Shown here: piece after piece, positions 49,001 to 62,600 of the stretch
Layout: every line of letters starts with the position of its first letter
How positions within the stretch are numbered: the first letter of the stretch is position 1
Assembly: GCF_030028105.1 (NCBI RefSeq)
Contig: NC_092379.1
Location: forward strand, 28,203,821-28,267,820
Length of the DNA: 64,000 nucleotides
Source of the DNA: Mobula birostris
Taxonomy: Eukaryota
Direction: 5' to 3'
Position numbers and translations under genes: made by a program
The notes under the pieces: model-generated
Told to the model about the DNA's origin: nothing
The model's input: only the letters and a program-made list of their open reading frames with translations
Database searches by the model: none

Positions 49001-50636
49001 TGTCATGGTCCGGTCTGTGAAGTCCGTATTCCGGTTCACGGACAGGTCCATCGACCCTTGCTCCAGGTTTTTCTGTCTACTCTGTTTCTGTTCTTGTTGA
49101 GCTAATTGAGTCAGCTGGTGTTCGTTGGGGCTGGCTGCATACATACCTTCAGACAAGTGCGTGCCTGCTGTATTGTTCTCGTCCTTACTCTTCGTATCCC
49201 TTCCTCTGCCTTTTGTTTCCTTGCCTGAAGCCCTGCCTTGTCTTGCCAGTAACTCGCGCAACGCTTGAAGTTCTCGTCTCGCCTTGCATTGCCTGAGACC
49301 GTGCTTTGTCTGTCTGGTAACACTCGCCTCGTCTCGCCTGCAGTCTTGCCCTAGAACCACCCTGTACCTAGTCCCCTCCTGTTCCTTGCCTCCGTAAGGT
49401 AAGCCAGTCCGTCTTGCCGTTGCCTGCGGTTGGTTCTGTCCCTTCCTGTCCCTTGCCTCTGTCGGGTAAGCCAGGCCGTCACGCAGTTACCTGCGGATGG
49501 TTCTGTCCCTACTGTCCCTTGCCTCCGTCGGGTAAGCCAGCCCGTCTCGCCGTTACCTGTGGTTGGTTCTATCCTTTCCTGTCCTTTGCCTCCGTCGGGT
49601 AAGCCAGGCCGTCTCGCCGTTACCTGCGGTTGGTTCTGTCCCTTCCTGTCCCATGCCTTCGTCGGGTGGTGAACCGCGCTCTGCCCAGGAGTACCGCGCC
49701 CTGACCAGGAGTACCAAGCCCTGACCAGCAGTACCGCGCCCTGGCCAGGAGTATCGCGCCCTGCCCAGCTGAACGGCGCCCTGCCCCGGAGGAGCCTACC
49801 TAGCTTCAAGCCTGACGAGTCCGGTCTTCTGCCTAGCCTCAAGCCTGAAGACTCCAGCCTCGCCTCAAGCCTCCGGCATAGCCTCAAGCCTGAAGACTGC
49901 AGCCTACTGCCTAGCCTCAAACCTGAAGACTGCAGCCTCCTTCCTAGCCTCAAGCCTGAAGACTCCAGCCTCGCCTCAAGCCTCCGGCCTAGCATCAAGC
50001 CTGAAGACTGCAGCCTCCTGCCTAGCCTCAAGACTTCAGCCTCCAGCCTCGCCTCAAGTCTCCTGCTTCCAGCTTTGCCTCGCCTCAAAACTCACGCCTG
50101 CAGCCTGCAGCCTCGCCTCAAGTCTCCTGCCTCCAGCCTCCAGCCTCGCCTCGCATCAAGTCTCCAGCCTCCAGACTCGCCTCGCCTCAAGTCTCTAGCC
50201 TCCTGCCAAGCCTCGCCCCAAGTCTCTGGCCTCCTGCCAAGCCTCGCCTCAAGTCTCTGGCCTCCTGCCAAGCCTCGCCACGTCTCCTGCCTCCTGATAA
50301 GCCTCGCTTCATGTCTCCTGCCTCCCCCAAGCCTCGCCTCCAGCCAAGCCTCCCGTCAAGTTTCTAACTCACCAGCCTCGTCCTGCCTGCCAGTCAAGCC
50401 TCGCCCCGGCCTTGTTCTGGGGTCCGAGCCAGAGGCAAGACCCAGGTACTGGGTCCTTGTCCAATCTCTGGCTCGGAGTCCAAGCCCGGGCTCCTAGCTC
50501 TTTTGTCCAGTCCTGTTCCGGGTTCCCACTTTTCCTATCTATGTTCTTGCCATCGCCCTATATCCTAGTCCTGTACCTAGTACTTCAGTGTCTGTGTCTT
50601 GCACTTCGGTCCGTTCTCAGCCACCGCTTTATGACA
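49001..50636. mobile_element. LTR-like insertion with internal minisatellites
   Basis: TGTCA...TGACA termini, with flanks gaaag/gcaag. It interrupts the CR1 RT between gtgcgtgaaag and ggcatgtttgacaaatc. Confidence 0.75.
49385..49667 (+). repeat. 67-bp tandem repeat, ~4.2 copies
   Basis: Units start at 49385, 49452, 49518, 49585 and 49652. Shorter agcctcaag-type repeats follow to ~50420. Confidence 0.92.
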
Positions 50637-50938
50637 GCAAGGGCATGTTTGACAAATCTTATTGAGTTTTCTGAACAGGTTACTAGGAAAGTTGATGAGG
50701 GTAAAGCGGTGCATTTTATCTATATGGAATTCAGTAAGAACTTTGACAAGGTTCCACATGGAAGGTTATTTAGGAAGGTTCAATCGTTCGGTATTAATAT
50801 TAAATTAGCAAAATGGATTCAGCGGTGGCTGGATGGGAGACTCCAGATACTAGTGGTGGCTAACTGTTTGTCACATTGGAGGCCGGTGTCTAGCGGTGTC
50901 CCTCCCTCAATGATCTGTACTGTGTTCAGTGTTGTTTG

Positions 50939-50939
<1 letters not shown>

Positions 50940-50980
<41 letters not shown>
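50940..50980. repeat. (TA)n microsatellite
   Basis: Direct reading. Confidence 0.98.
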
Positions 50981-50985
<5 letters not shown>

Positions 50986-53640
50986 CATGATCTTGGAGTA
51001 CTGTGTACAGTTTTGGTCACCGAATTATAGGAAAGATGTCAACAAAATTGAGAGAGTAGAGGGAAGATGTACCAGAATGTTACGTGGCTTTCAACTCCTA
51101 AGTTAGAGAGAAAGGTTGAACAAGTTGGGTCTTAACTCTTCGGAGCATAGAACGCTAAGGGAGGACTTGATAGAGGTATTTAAAATCATGAGTGGGTAAG
51201 ATAGAGTTGACGTGCATAGTTTTTTTTCGATTGAGTGTGGAGGAGATTCAAACAAGAGGATATGAGTTGAGAGTTAAAGGGCAAAATATTAAGAGTAACA
51301 TGAGGGGTAACGTCTTTGCTCAGAGACTGGAAAGAGCTTCCAGCAGAAGTGGTTGGGTCAGATTGGATGTTGTCAAAGTTAAATTGGATAGCGATATGGA
51401 TAGGAAATGACTGGAGGGTGATGGGGTGAGTGCAGGTCAGTGGGACTAGGTGAAAGTAAGAGTTCGTTACGGACTAAAAGATCCGAGATGGCCTGTTTCC
51501 GTGCTGTGATTGTTATATGGTTATATGGCTAATAATTAGCTGACACGTACAAATTCACAAGTACAATTGCTGTATCTACCGCGCGGCCCAGCCATTGATT
51601 CTGACACCCCAATTGAAAAATGGAGATAACAGATCTGATAAGTTTAAAGCAAATGTATTATCCAATTGCGCACGTCTCACATTTGTCCTTGAGATTTTGA
51701 TGTCTAATTTCCTTATTTGAGTCATCAGTGTATTGCAATGTATAACCATTATGATGCATTGCAATAAAAAGTGTATATATAATAAACAAAAAATAGCAGT
51801 GTAGAAAGTAAGGGGGAAGATATTAAGGGACTGTATTGGGCTCATGGTCTACACGGGAATCTGACAGCAGCGGGGAAACAACTCTTCCTGACAAGTTAAA
51901 TATGAGGACATAACCTCGGTGATGGTGGTTGGGGTGGAGTCTTCTGTGATTCATGCAGTCCTTTCGAAGTACCGCCTTTTGAAGGTACCCTGGATGCCTG
52001 GGAGTGTTGTGTCAGTGATGAAGCTTGCTTTGTTTAAAATGTTCTGCCGTTTGTTCCTGTGCAGCTGTCCCACCATCCCAGACCCAGATGCAACCAGTTA
52101 TAATGCTGCCCACTGTTTAACTCTGAAAATTACCGTGAGTATTTGATGGAAACCAGTTTTCAAGATCCATGTGACATTCCGCCGCTGTAATGCCTTCTTT
52201 GTAATTGTGCCCAGAATAAATCCACAGTACTGTCAATAGTCACGCTTTTGAAATTGCTCATCGTTTCACTTCTTTCCCCGATAACGTTTGGTTTGCCTTC
52301 CATCCGCTTCCATTGCTGACGTTCAAAATGAATTTTGGTCTTATTAAGACTACAGTCAAGTAGCTGATCTCTGTATTACCATACGCCTCTTCGTCATTAT
52401 CTGAAATTGTGCAAACAATATTTTTTGTCCTGAAGTTTATCAATGACGTTAGAGTTGAGCCAAGCCACAGTATCGTGCTTGTAGAAAGGGTCGATGATTG
52501 GGTATGGTTGAAGTGCGGCAATGTTATTTCCAATGCCTACACCAGGTTGTCGCCCATTTAGGAGATCTAGTCCAGTTGCGCGAGGAGGTATTGACTCCCA
52601 GGTTTTGAGCGTGCTGATTAAAGCTGATTTCTGCTGATGGCTGAGCAGAAAGGCATCTTAAACCTGATTTTTCTTTTTTTAATACAAAATTAAATGTCAA
52701 AAGGAAGTCTTAAGTACCGGATGAGAAGTTGACACAACTGATTGTTATCATTCACCAGACATTTTGTCTTATTTTCACTTGCGACAGAGTTGTGGTGACA
52801 ATCATGAAACTATCAGGAAATATTTCTTCATTTTCCTAATTTAGAGACATTTGACAATGTTGCACTTAAGGAATGCATCATTTGAATTTTACATGATTCA
52901 AATTCCAGTGCAGATATAGCTGTGTATCAGCAGAACTCATATCTTGAATGTGTTGATACCTGCATTTTTGTACTAGATTTTCAGTAACTCTAGCCGTCGA
53001 TATTCACATCTACCGTGAAGAACCATAAATACCTGCTGCAGCTCTTCTATTTCCGCCTTTGCATCATACTTGAATTGAGTAATATACTTACGCAAAGACA
53101 AGCAGAACGCTGTGTAACAGCAGAGCTCGAGCTCGTTTAGCGGGCTCTTGTACATCTTCGTGTGCAGGTGAGAAGAAGATAGAAAATATAAATTATCCCA
53201 TATTCCGTGGTTTGGAAGATAACATGACGCACTGGGAAAGCCCGTCCCATGGATTGCCCAGTAGGCAGTGTCTACAAACACTCGGTGGCACTGGAAGCAA
53301 CTGCACAAAATAAACTCTGGGCTTTCTTCATGTTTCAAAGACGACTACACAAATAATAAACGCAATCATCTTCTCAATAAATTCTTAAGTTATTCAGAGA
53401 AAAGCTAAATTCGTAGCCACCAATGGGAGACGAAGAAATATTGTGTGCCAGAAGTTTTAGCTCGTGTCTGATCTCTCTTATGTTCTGGATGATATCGACC
53501 AAAGATGATTACTGACTGATATCATCTCCTTTGTGGCACAGTTACTTCGTAACACTGCCTTTCATATTTCCGGCATCGTCTGACTCAACGTGTAAGCGCA
53601 GTTTGATGACAGTTTTCTCGAAGACGCCCTCCATCTTCAT

Positions 53641-56600
53641 CACCTTCGGTTACCGCCAAGCGTTACTTTGCAGATAAAGTTGACATACGAAGAATTTGAT
53701 CCACTTTTTGCATACCTTGACCGGTTACGAGCTGACCTTTCGAATCCTGCACCACGTTTGAGAGCTTTTTTTTCGTGTGTCACGGTTATGATACTAGTGG
53801 ATGTCTCTTGTGGTTGGTTGCTTCAGACAGAGTTTGTTGTAGTTTTAATCAGACAGTCCCTTTCCATTGTATGATTACAGAATTACAGAGTCGGGGAACG
53901 TTACTGTGAAGGTTAATTTCTCCTCGGTAACTTTTTTTTCACTGTGATAACCGACAATAATCTAAAACACTACTTTGAAACCGGAAGCCAGTCTAGAATT
54001 GTGCTGCAATATTCGAACACACTCCGGTTACCCTGCAAGGACGCTTATTAAATATAAGGTTACAGTTTGTTCGAGCTGTTGATTGTGATTTCTTATTTAT
54101 TTTAGTGTTACACTGAGGTTATCAAAACGCTGTGGTACAGTTGCTTTGTAAAACAAACTTCCAAATAAAAAAAAGAACAACGTTTTCAATGTAAGTTATC
54201 AAGGAGGTCGTGTTCATCCAGATATGTTCCGGAATAGACAACAACGGCAGAAATTGTTGCGGATTCCAACAGAGAATGTAAATCTCAAAGCGACGGATCA
54301 GACCAATGGTACGACATAACAGCAAAATATGCATAACCATCCTTAGACTGACAATGTATCACAATATATTTTGTACTGGACAAGAAGTCGCTCTAAAATT
54401 CCACGACCTCGGTAGAGGGCGAACTCATCAAAATACATATTGCTGGCAACGCATTGTGAAAACAAACCCTAACGAATGTCTGAAGGCTTAATTGAATGGT
54501 TTTTAAATATCCAGTGTTCAGCACAAACGCAATGACATTCTCTTATATATTTTATTTATGTTTTTGCTTTTTGGTCTTTTTTGACTATGCTCACACCAAA
54601 ATTTGATTACAGGACTTCTGTGCTGTTTAACATCACGGGACATTCCGCCTCAAACATTACGTTACCACAGTGGTCAATACCAATATCAAGATGGAATTTT
54701 GAAGAGGGTGACCCATGAATAGACCGAATATTGGCGAAAGACGTGTTCATATTTTAATCAGACAAAACTTCCCATCAATATCAGAAAGAAGCCACCGTAA
54801 CGTGATGTCACACAGCAACCATAATGTCGCTGGGGATTTCAGTCAAAGACTTGTAAACACACTTCTGATATATTTTATAAACATAATGACTCTCACATCG
54901 ATCTTTACTATACCTCTTTCCGCACATTCACTGGTAAAAATTGTCACCCTTTCTCATTGTTTTGCAGTCTCCTCCGTGTTCCCTTCTCAGTATGATGCTT
55001 TCACTAAAAGCGAAAGAACATCTGAGATGTCATCATTCTCTAAAGTACAGGGGTTCACTTTCTCAGAAATTGATACTTCCCTCGCACTCCCCTACTCCAC
55101 TTTGCATCGACTCATCGCCCTGAGAGGGATAAATTTTCCATTGTACTTACAGACACAGCCGGCACATCACTCCACGGAATTTCTGCTATCGTCCACAAAT
55201 ATATTTATAAGCACAACTTTCTCTCAACCTTTGCAATTTTTCTGCTTTCTACAGGGATCACCCTCTCTGTGACTCTATTGTCATGCGCATCTGCATTCGG
55301 GTCTCCATGCAGTCACTTATCTCTACCAATGGAATATCTGATGAAATTGCCCATTCACCTCCTCGCTTACCACAAATCATGGTCATGGAACAGTCTTTCC
55401 AGATGATTCAGTAATTTTTCTCCCTGTCTTTCGCGGGAACCATCTTTTTTTTTTCTGACCCTCCAGGCGCGGCCTAGTCTGATGCACTGAAATCCAGCTG
55501 GGTTGGTAAGCTTCGTCGTGCATCTTCGCTCTGTCCCCTAAAACAAGTTCAAAGTTCAAAGAAAATTTACGAGTAACGTATAAACACGTCACCATAATAT
55601 ACCGTCAAATCATTTTCTTGTGCACATACTGTGGAAATTCATCAACTGAAATAACGTCATTGAAATATGGCACCCAATAGTGAAGATAANNNNNNNNNNN
55701 NNNNNNNNNNNNNNNNNNNNNNNNNNNNNNNNNNNNNNNNNNNNNNNNNNNNNNNNNNNNNNNNNNNNNNNNNNNNNNNNNNNNNNNNNNNNNNNNNNNN
55801 NNNNNNNNNNNNNNNNNNNNNNNNNNNNNNNNNNNNNNNNNNNNNNNNNNNNNNNNNNNNNNNNNNNNNNNNNNNNNNNNNNNNNNNNNNNNNNNNNNNN
55901 NNNNNNNNNNNNNNNNNNNNNNNNNNNNNNNNNNNNNNNNNNNNNNNNNNNNNNNNNNNNNNNNNNNNNNNNNNNNNNNNNNNNNNNNNNNNNNNNNNNN
56001 NNNNNNNNNNNNNNNNNNNNNNNNNNNNNNNNNNNNNNNNNNNNNNNNNNNCAGGAAGAGGAAGTAGTAGGATAAGAACGAGAACAAGAAGAAGAAGAAG
56101 AAGAGGAAGCTGATGATGAAGGAGAAAGAGGAGGAATACGTATCGAGAACATGAAATGAATAAATCCTTGAAAGTGAGTCGATAGCTTGGAGGAACAGTT
56201 AAGTGATGGCCAAGTTATACCTCTCTGACTTAGCAGCCTGATATTTGAGAGGCAAAACATTTTCCTTAAGCTGGAAACGTAAGTTCTGAGCCACATTTAC
56301 TTTCTGCTAGATGGCGAATCGAATAGGGTGCAACATCTTGGTGATTGGGGTCCCTGATGATGGATGCTGCTGTCCTGCGATAACGATATGTGTAGCTATG
56401 CTCAATGATGTCGAATGCTTTACTGAAGATGGACTGAGGTCTTTGAAGTACCGTTTGTAAGATGTTCCGTTGAAAAACATTTGTTTTTCCATATAATTCT
56501 CTGATGAAGCATGTCAACATTATCGTAAGCAGAAGGTTGTTCATGTTAGATCCTATCTCCTCAAACTGAAGGAAGTAGAGGCGCTGCTTCCGAGGGGCAA

Positions 56601-59600
56601 GAAATTTAAAGTTGCTGATACTCTCTACGCCTGACTCCCCTGATGCGTTCTGGTACACGTACCTCTGTTTTCCTCCACCTGAAATCAATATTCATCTCCT
56701 TGATCTTTTTCGCAATGAAGAACATAGTATTGTCGTGACGCTATTCAGATTTCAATCTCCTTCCGCTCTACGTATTCGTTAAACTCTTGATTCGACAAAA
56801 GTTATCGTCAGCAAATGTAAATATAGCAGTTGAAATAACGTTAGTCACATAGTCAGAAGTGTAAAGTGAGTACAGTAGGGGGGCAAAGCACACAGACATG
56901 TGGTGCAACTGTGCTGATGGAGACTGTGGGTGAGGTATTGCTGCTAATCCGAAATGACTGGGTCTGCATGTGTGGAAATCGAGAAACCAATTACACAAGG
57001 AAGAACTGAGGCCTTGAAACGTTTGGATTAGTTCTGAGGAGATAATAATATTGAATCCCGCCATATGCTTAAAGGAATTATATTAATGACTTTTAACTTA
57101 ACTAATTGGTTAGCAAAGAAAAATCAACAAGAAAGGGCACACTTTAGTTAAACTGTCAAATGTTCGCAGGTCGGAACTCAGCGATTCTCCATATTCAGCA
57201 ATCCTCAATCGATCATCGCTCCTGACATCATCGAATCACGGTCCCACACTGGGTGGAATCATACGACCTGTTCTCTCCAGAGTCTTCTCTCTTCATCTCC
57301 CGCCGAACCAAAGCCCCAGGCCCAATGTTAGTGTTCCTCTATAGATAAACCTCCTCTCAGTTCTATCATCCTAACTGGATGCAACAGATTCCTTTTCCTC
57401 CTTTGTTATCACCAATAACTCAAACATGCTGAAAGCAGAAGAGATTGCTCTTACCACGGCAACATGCTATCACCCCCTCCAAAAAAAAGTCATGTCTTCA
57501 TAACTTCGAAATAATTTGTCATACCAGGATGAATAACACAGTTTCCAAAGGAATTTTGAAAATGGTCAAAATCTCCAACCCATTTGTAATGTACTGACTT
57601 ATCTCTCTGGTAGAATAGAATAGAACACTCTGCCGGGGCTACAAAGGGCAGACTATATGGGGGTCTTCTGACAGTTTGAGACGTCCTTATTCCATCATCT
57701 ACTTCTTCAGTTTCTGAAATGCTTGGGGGCACTGCGAGTCTACCTGGCGAGGCTTCCCCCGATCAATTACTTCCGCCTTCTGGCAACTCCGACCGCTCAG
57801 CCACTTGGTTGAGCTCAGCTTCAGTTCCAGTTATGTCAGAGCTCAGCTCGACTGCATGGTGCAGCTGCAGACCTGACTGACCGCTTTTGATGCACACGAT
57901 TTCAAGTGCCTCGGCGTGTGAAGAGTTGGAACTCTCTTCCTCATTTATTGGTGAGTTATAAGAATGCAGCATGTACTACACCGTCATTTCCTCATCCTGC
58001 GAGTCCACATCGCATTTTGAAGGGTGTGGAGAGGGCGGTTGTAATCCTTTTGCTGCTGGGTCTTCAGTCTCCCAACGTCGCCACAGAGCCCATTTACTAG
58101 CTGAAAGGTCCAAATCAGGCTTTGGGTCAACAGGGATCTCTTGTCTTACCTATTCACATTTCACATCACATCTCACTAGAAAAGGCTCCGAAGTGCTAAA
58201 ATAATATTTGCCATTTTGCTTTTTGTCATACTAACTTGTGTTGCCGAGGGAGGGTGACCGCACAGAAGCTGATTTGTAGGGTGAGTCACTGTAGTATAGT
58301 TCTTCAGCAACATCCGATAGTACCGCAGAGTCCAAGAAACGAAGCCTGGGCGCTCACAGTCTGGGCCCTTGGCTAGATTGTTGCAACCTCTATCTTAGAT
58401 GGATTATTAATATCAAGGTTCTGCAGCTAGGTGGGAAATGATGAATTTTATTCATGCGGCCCAGTGTAATATGCCGTTCTTTGCTGTGATGCAGTAGAGG
58501 AACATAGGAACAAAGGCAGCCAAATAAGCACTATATCAGCAGAATGCTTTGTGCTTAGGAGCCTCCATATCCCTGATTTTAGCGAGGGCTGAGAGAACTG
58601 GATAGATGGCATAGCTTGATATGCTAATACTGCACTTAAGGGATCACAGAATACGTTCCTCAGCAAATAGTCTTCGTTTATCATGTAAGTTTCCCAGTTA
58701 TAGTCACAGAGTAGTCAAACAAAATTATCGAAATAATTTTGGTTTACTGTTGGCAGACGGGGGTATTAGTGTAAAGAAGATGCAAACTGCAGACCTGAGC
58801 TGGTCAGTTACTGAGAGCTAGTTGAGAAGGCCTGAAGTGATCATATTCACTTTCAACGACAGTCAGATTTGTAAATACTTAATAAGAATGAAAATAAGTT
58901 TCAGTTTTCTGCTTATTTCATGACCTTATTTGGAATGTAGCAGCTCCATAATATGGGGGAATTATTCACTCAAACGAATATTTGTCAGTACACAGACAAT
59001 GAGGCTGAAATACCAATTATTATGTCAAGGAACCTGAGAACAGAATACAGCTGGAAATCACCGAAACTGCTTCATTCTTAAAGATCACAGAGTTTCCTGT
59101 CCTGTTCCGCTCAATCTATCTAACTTCATAAGGACTGATTTATATTTATCAATTTACACAACGTGAGTACACAATATAAATGCCAGGACCTGATTACTAT
59201 GTAATGATTTAAAGGTCCATACTGTGCACAAGGGTTGCTGCAGACACTGAGTGTTTCAAGCAACTGTTTGCTGGTATTGAAACAAAACTTAAACTATCTT
59301 AAATGAACTAGTTGCTTGTTAATTCCACGTTTAATAAAAAATCTCGATAATGATCAACCGCAACTGATGAAACTGCACCGCAAAGCCACCAGTAACTGAA
59401 ATGTATTTTATTTCTTCCTTCGGGATAATGTTGCGACAGGTTTTCTATTTCAAGTTTCCTTTTGGATATTTTTTTTTATTTTTGTACGTCCTGAAAGTTG
59501 AGCATCGATTTCATAATATGAACAGAGAGATGCAATGAGAACATTGTCTTCTGAAGTATCCATGCTAAACATTTCAGTAAAGGACCACAAAATACCAGAT

Positions 59601-62600
59601 ACACGATATTATTCAGTGGGAGTGTGCTGCCTCAGAGGGTGCAAGTCTTTGAAATGTACAGCTCGCCTGACTGGAAGTGAGAGTAACTGTCGATTTAAGA
59701 AACGCCTTGGTATGTTCCTGCATTGTCTCACCCTCCAGGGGTAGTTTAGTCATTTTTGCAGTGACATTATTAGATGCAGTATCTGCTGAATTGTTTTGAT
59801 AGGATGCTGAATTGGGCTGAGAAGTGGCAGATGGAGATCAACCCGGAGAAGTGTTTGGAAGGACAAACTCCAGGGAAGAGTACAAAGTAAAAGGCAGAAT
59901 ACTTGGTAGAGTGGAGGAGCAGAGGGGTGTAGGTGTACAAGTTCATAGATCCCTGAAAGTTGCCTCACAGGTAGATAGGGCAGTTAAGTAAGCTTATGGG
60001 GTGTTAGTTTTCATAAGTCAAGGGATATAGTTTAAGAGTCGCATTAGAGTCGCATTAATGCAGATTTATAAATCTCTAGTTAGGCCACACTTGGAGTACT
60101 GTGTCCAGTTCTGTTCACTTCACTATAGGAAGGATGTGGAAGTATTGGAAAGGGTACGGAGGAGATTACCAGGATGCTGCCTGGTTTAGAGAGTGTGCAC
60201 TAAGTTCAGAAATTAATGAAGCTAGGGCATTATTCTTTGTTGAAAAGGAGGATGAGAGAAGACAGGATAGAGGCATACAGATATTAAGAGAATTAAATAG
60301 AGTGGACAGCCAGCGCCTCTTTCCCGGGGCACCACTGTAGAGAACAAGAAGATATGCCTTTAAGGTAAGGGGTGGGAAGTTCAAGGGGTATAGCAGAGGA
60401 AAGTTTTTTACTCAGAGAGTGATTGGTGCGTGGAATGCACTTCCTGAGTCAGTTGTGGAGGGCAGATACACCGGTGAAATTTAAGAGGCTGCCGATCTGG
60501 TATATGGAGGAATCTAAGGTAGGAGGTAGGGTTTAAGGGTCGGCACAACATTGTGGGCCGATGGGCCTGTAGTGTGCTGTACTATTCTATGGTCTATTTT
60601 CTATGTTCCAAACATGACCTCGGAGCTCTTGAACTCCACCCTGTGATTTCCAAATCTCAACGAAACCGTAGCTCCGTCAACAATTCTTTGGAGCTGCTAA
60701 ATATCGTTTTATATACTCTACACTGAGCCGTCAGAGAACCAGCCGAGAGCTGAGAGGTCCCCTGTAGGGTAGATAAATCACTGTATTGATCACAAATTCT
60801 GGTTTGCTGAAAAATCGGTGCTTCGTTGTCGACTGAAGAAGTCGGAATTATTTTTGCAGCCATGCAGAAAAAACTCTCTGCAACAATATCGAAAAGCCAA
60901 TCGTCGGAGCCGGTTAACTTCAGTCATCTCTTCCTTCCAAATGGTGTGGCTCTTCAACAAAGACTGTCAGCGACGTGTCGATGACAGACGCTGACACCTT
61001 CTTCCGGGAAGGCAGCTGCGGTAAAGTCCTGAACTGAATCCAGTATATTGAGGATGACTTTGAAATGGGACAAGTTACAGGAGCAGTATTCGTTGACTTA
61101 ACAGCAGCATACGACATTGTGAAGTACAGAGGCCTTCTACTGAAATTATCTAAAATGTTAAAGAACGAAACCATAGTCAAAGTAATAAGTAGCCTCCTAG
61201 AAAATCGTAGATTTTATGTAGAAATGAATGGAATTGAGAGTATGTGGCGTCTACGAAAGAACGAACTACCACAGGGCTCAGTCCTGGCACCTCTACTATT
61301 TACTGTCTGCACAAATGATCAGCAACCCTTTCCTAACACGGGCAGGTTTATCTATGCAGACGACGTTTGCATAGCAACACAGCCTAACTCCTTCCAAGAG
61401 GTTGAAGTACGACTTACAGCAGCCCTCGAGCAATGAAGCAGTATTATGAAAAAAATGTCTCTGAACCCAAATCCATCAGAAACCCAAGTGTATGCATTGC
61501 ACCTGAGGAATCGAGAAGCAGCTCGGAAACACAAGATCTTCTGGTGTGGGAAGGAGTTTGATCACCATCCGACCCAAATTTACCTGGGCGTGACACTGAG
61601 TAGGACGCTGTCATTTTCCACCCATATCCTAAACCACGAGGGAAAGTTGCCGCTCGCAATTCACTCTTGAAAAATTAGCAGCACGAAATGGGGAGCTAAT
61701 GTTCACACACTTTGATCAACTGCCCTAGCACTCTGTTATGCACCTGCAGAATACTGCGCACCTGCGTGGGACAGATCAGCCCATGCGAAGAAAATAGACC
61801 CGTTGATTAACGAAGACGGCCGAACAATCACGGGCATACTGTACCCACGCCCACTAACAATATTTACAGACTTGCAGGCATTGCTCTCTCAGAGATCCGA
61901 AGACACACTACAACAAAAACTTGAAGAGGTAAACAGAACTCGGATCCACGGCACCCACTACAGCTTCAGGAACTTGTTCATACGCTTTCAGTATATACTG
62001 CTTCACAATATCATTATCAAGTGCTTGCTCAAAAAAATGAGGCACTCTACATGAAGTGTCAGAGCCATCTCTATTTTCCGAGGAGACTGAGGTCCTTTAA
62101 CATCTGTCGGACGATGCTGAGGATGTTCTACGAGTCTGTGGTGGCCAGTGCTATCATATTTGCTGTTGTGTGCTGGGGCAGCAGGCCTGAGGGTAGCAGA
62201 CTCCAACAGAATCAACAAACCCATTCGTAAGGCCAGTGATGTTGTGGGGATGGAACTGGACTCTCTGACGGTGGTGTCGGAAAAGAGGATGCTGTCCAAG
62301 TTGAATGCCATCTTGGACAATGATTTCCATCCACTACATAATGTACTGGTTGGGCACAGGGGTACATTCAGCCAGAGTCTCATTCCACCGAGATGCAACC
62401 CTGAGCCTCATAGGAAGTCATTCCCACCTGTGGCCATCAAGCTTTACAACACCTCCCTTCGAGGGTCCGACACTCTGAGACAATAGGTCTGGTCATGGAC
62501 TAATTTCCATCTGGCATAATGTACATGTTAATATTTAATTAATTCTGCTTTTATATTGCTATGTTTATACTCTATTCTTCGTTGGTACAACTGTAACGAA

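Larger units (their letters stand above)
44400..51528 (+). mobile_element. Near full-length CR1 LINE (ORF1 SGNH esterase, ORF2 APE-RT), decayed, with three nested insertions
   Basis: ORF 44430..45086 VVGDSIF...CLPGARVRDV...DRLHLNPGG. The APE start is 45346 (VAVSETWL). RT pieces lie at 48400-49000 and 50637-50920, and the 3' tail is (ttatatgg)2. Confidence 0.9.

Noticed and set aside
49351-50497. Long low-complexity ORFs and regular repeats resembling a CRISPR or repeat protein
   Set aside because: These are head-to-tail minisatellites without unique spacers inside an LTR-like insertion, in vertebrate DNA.
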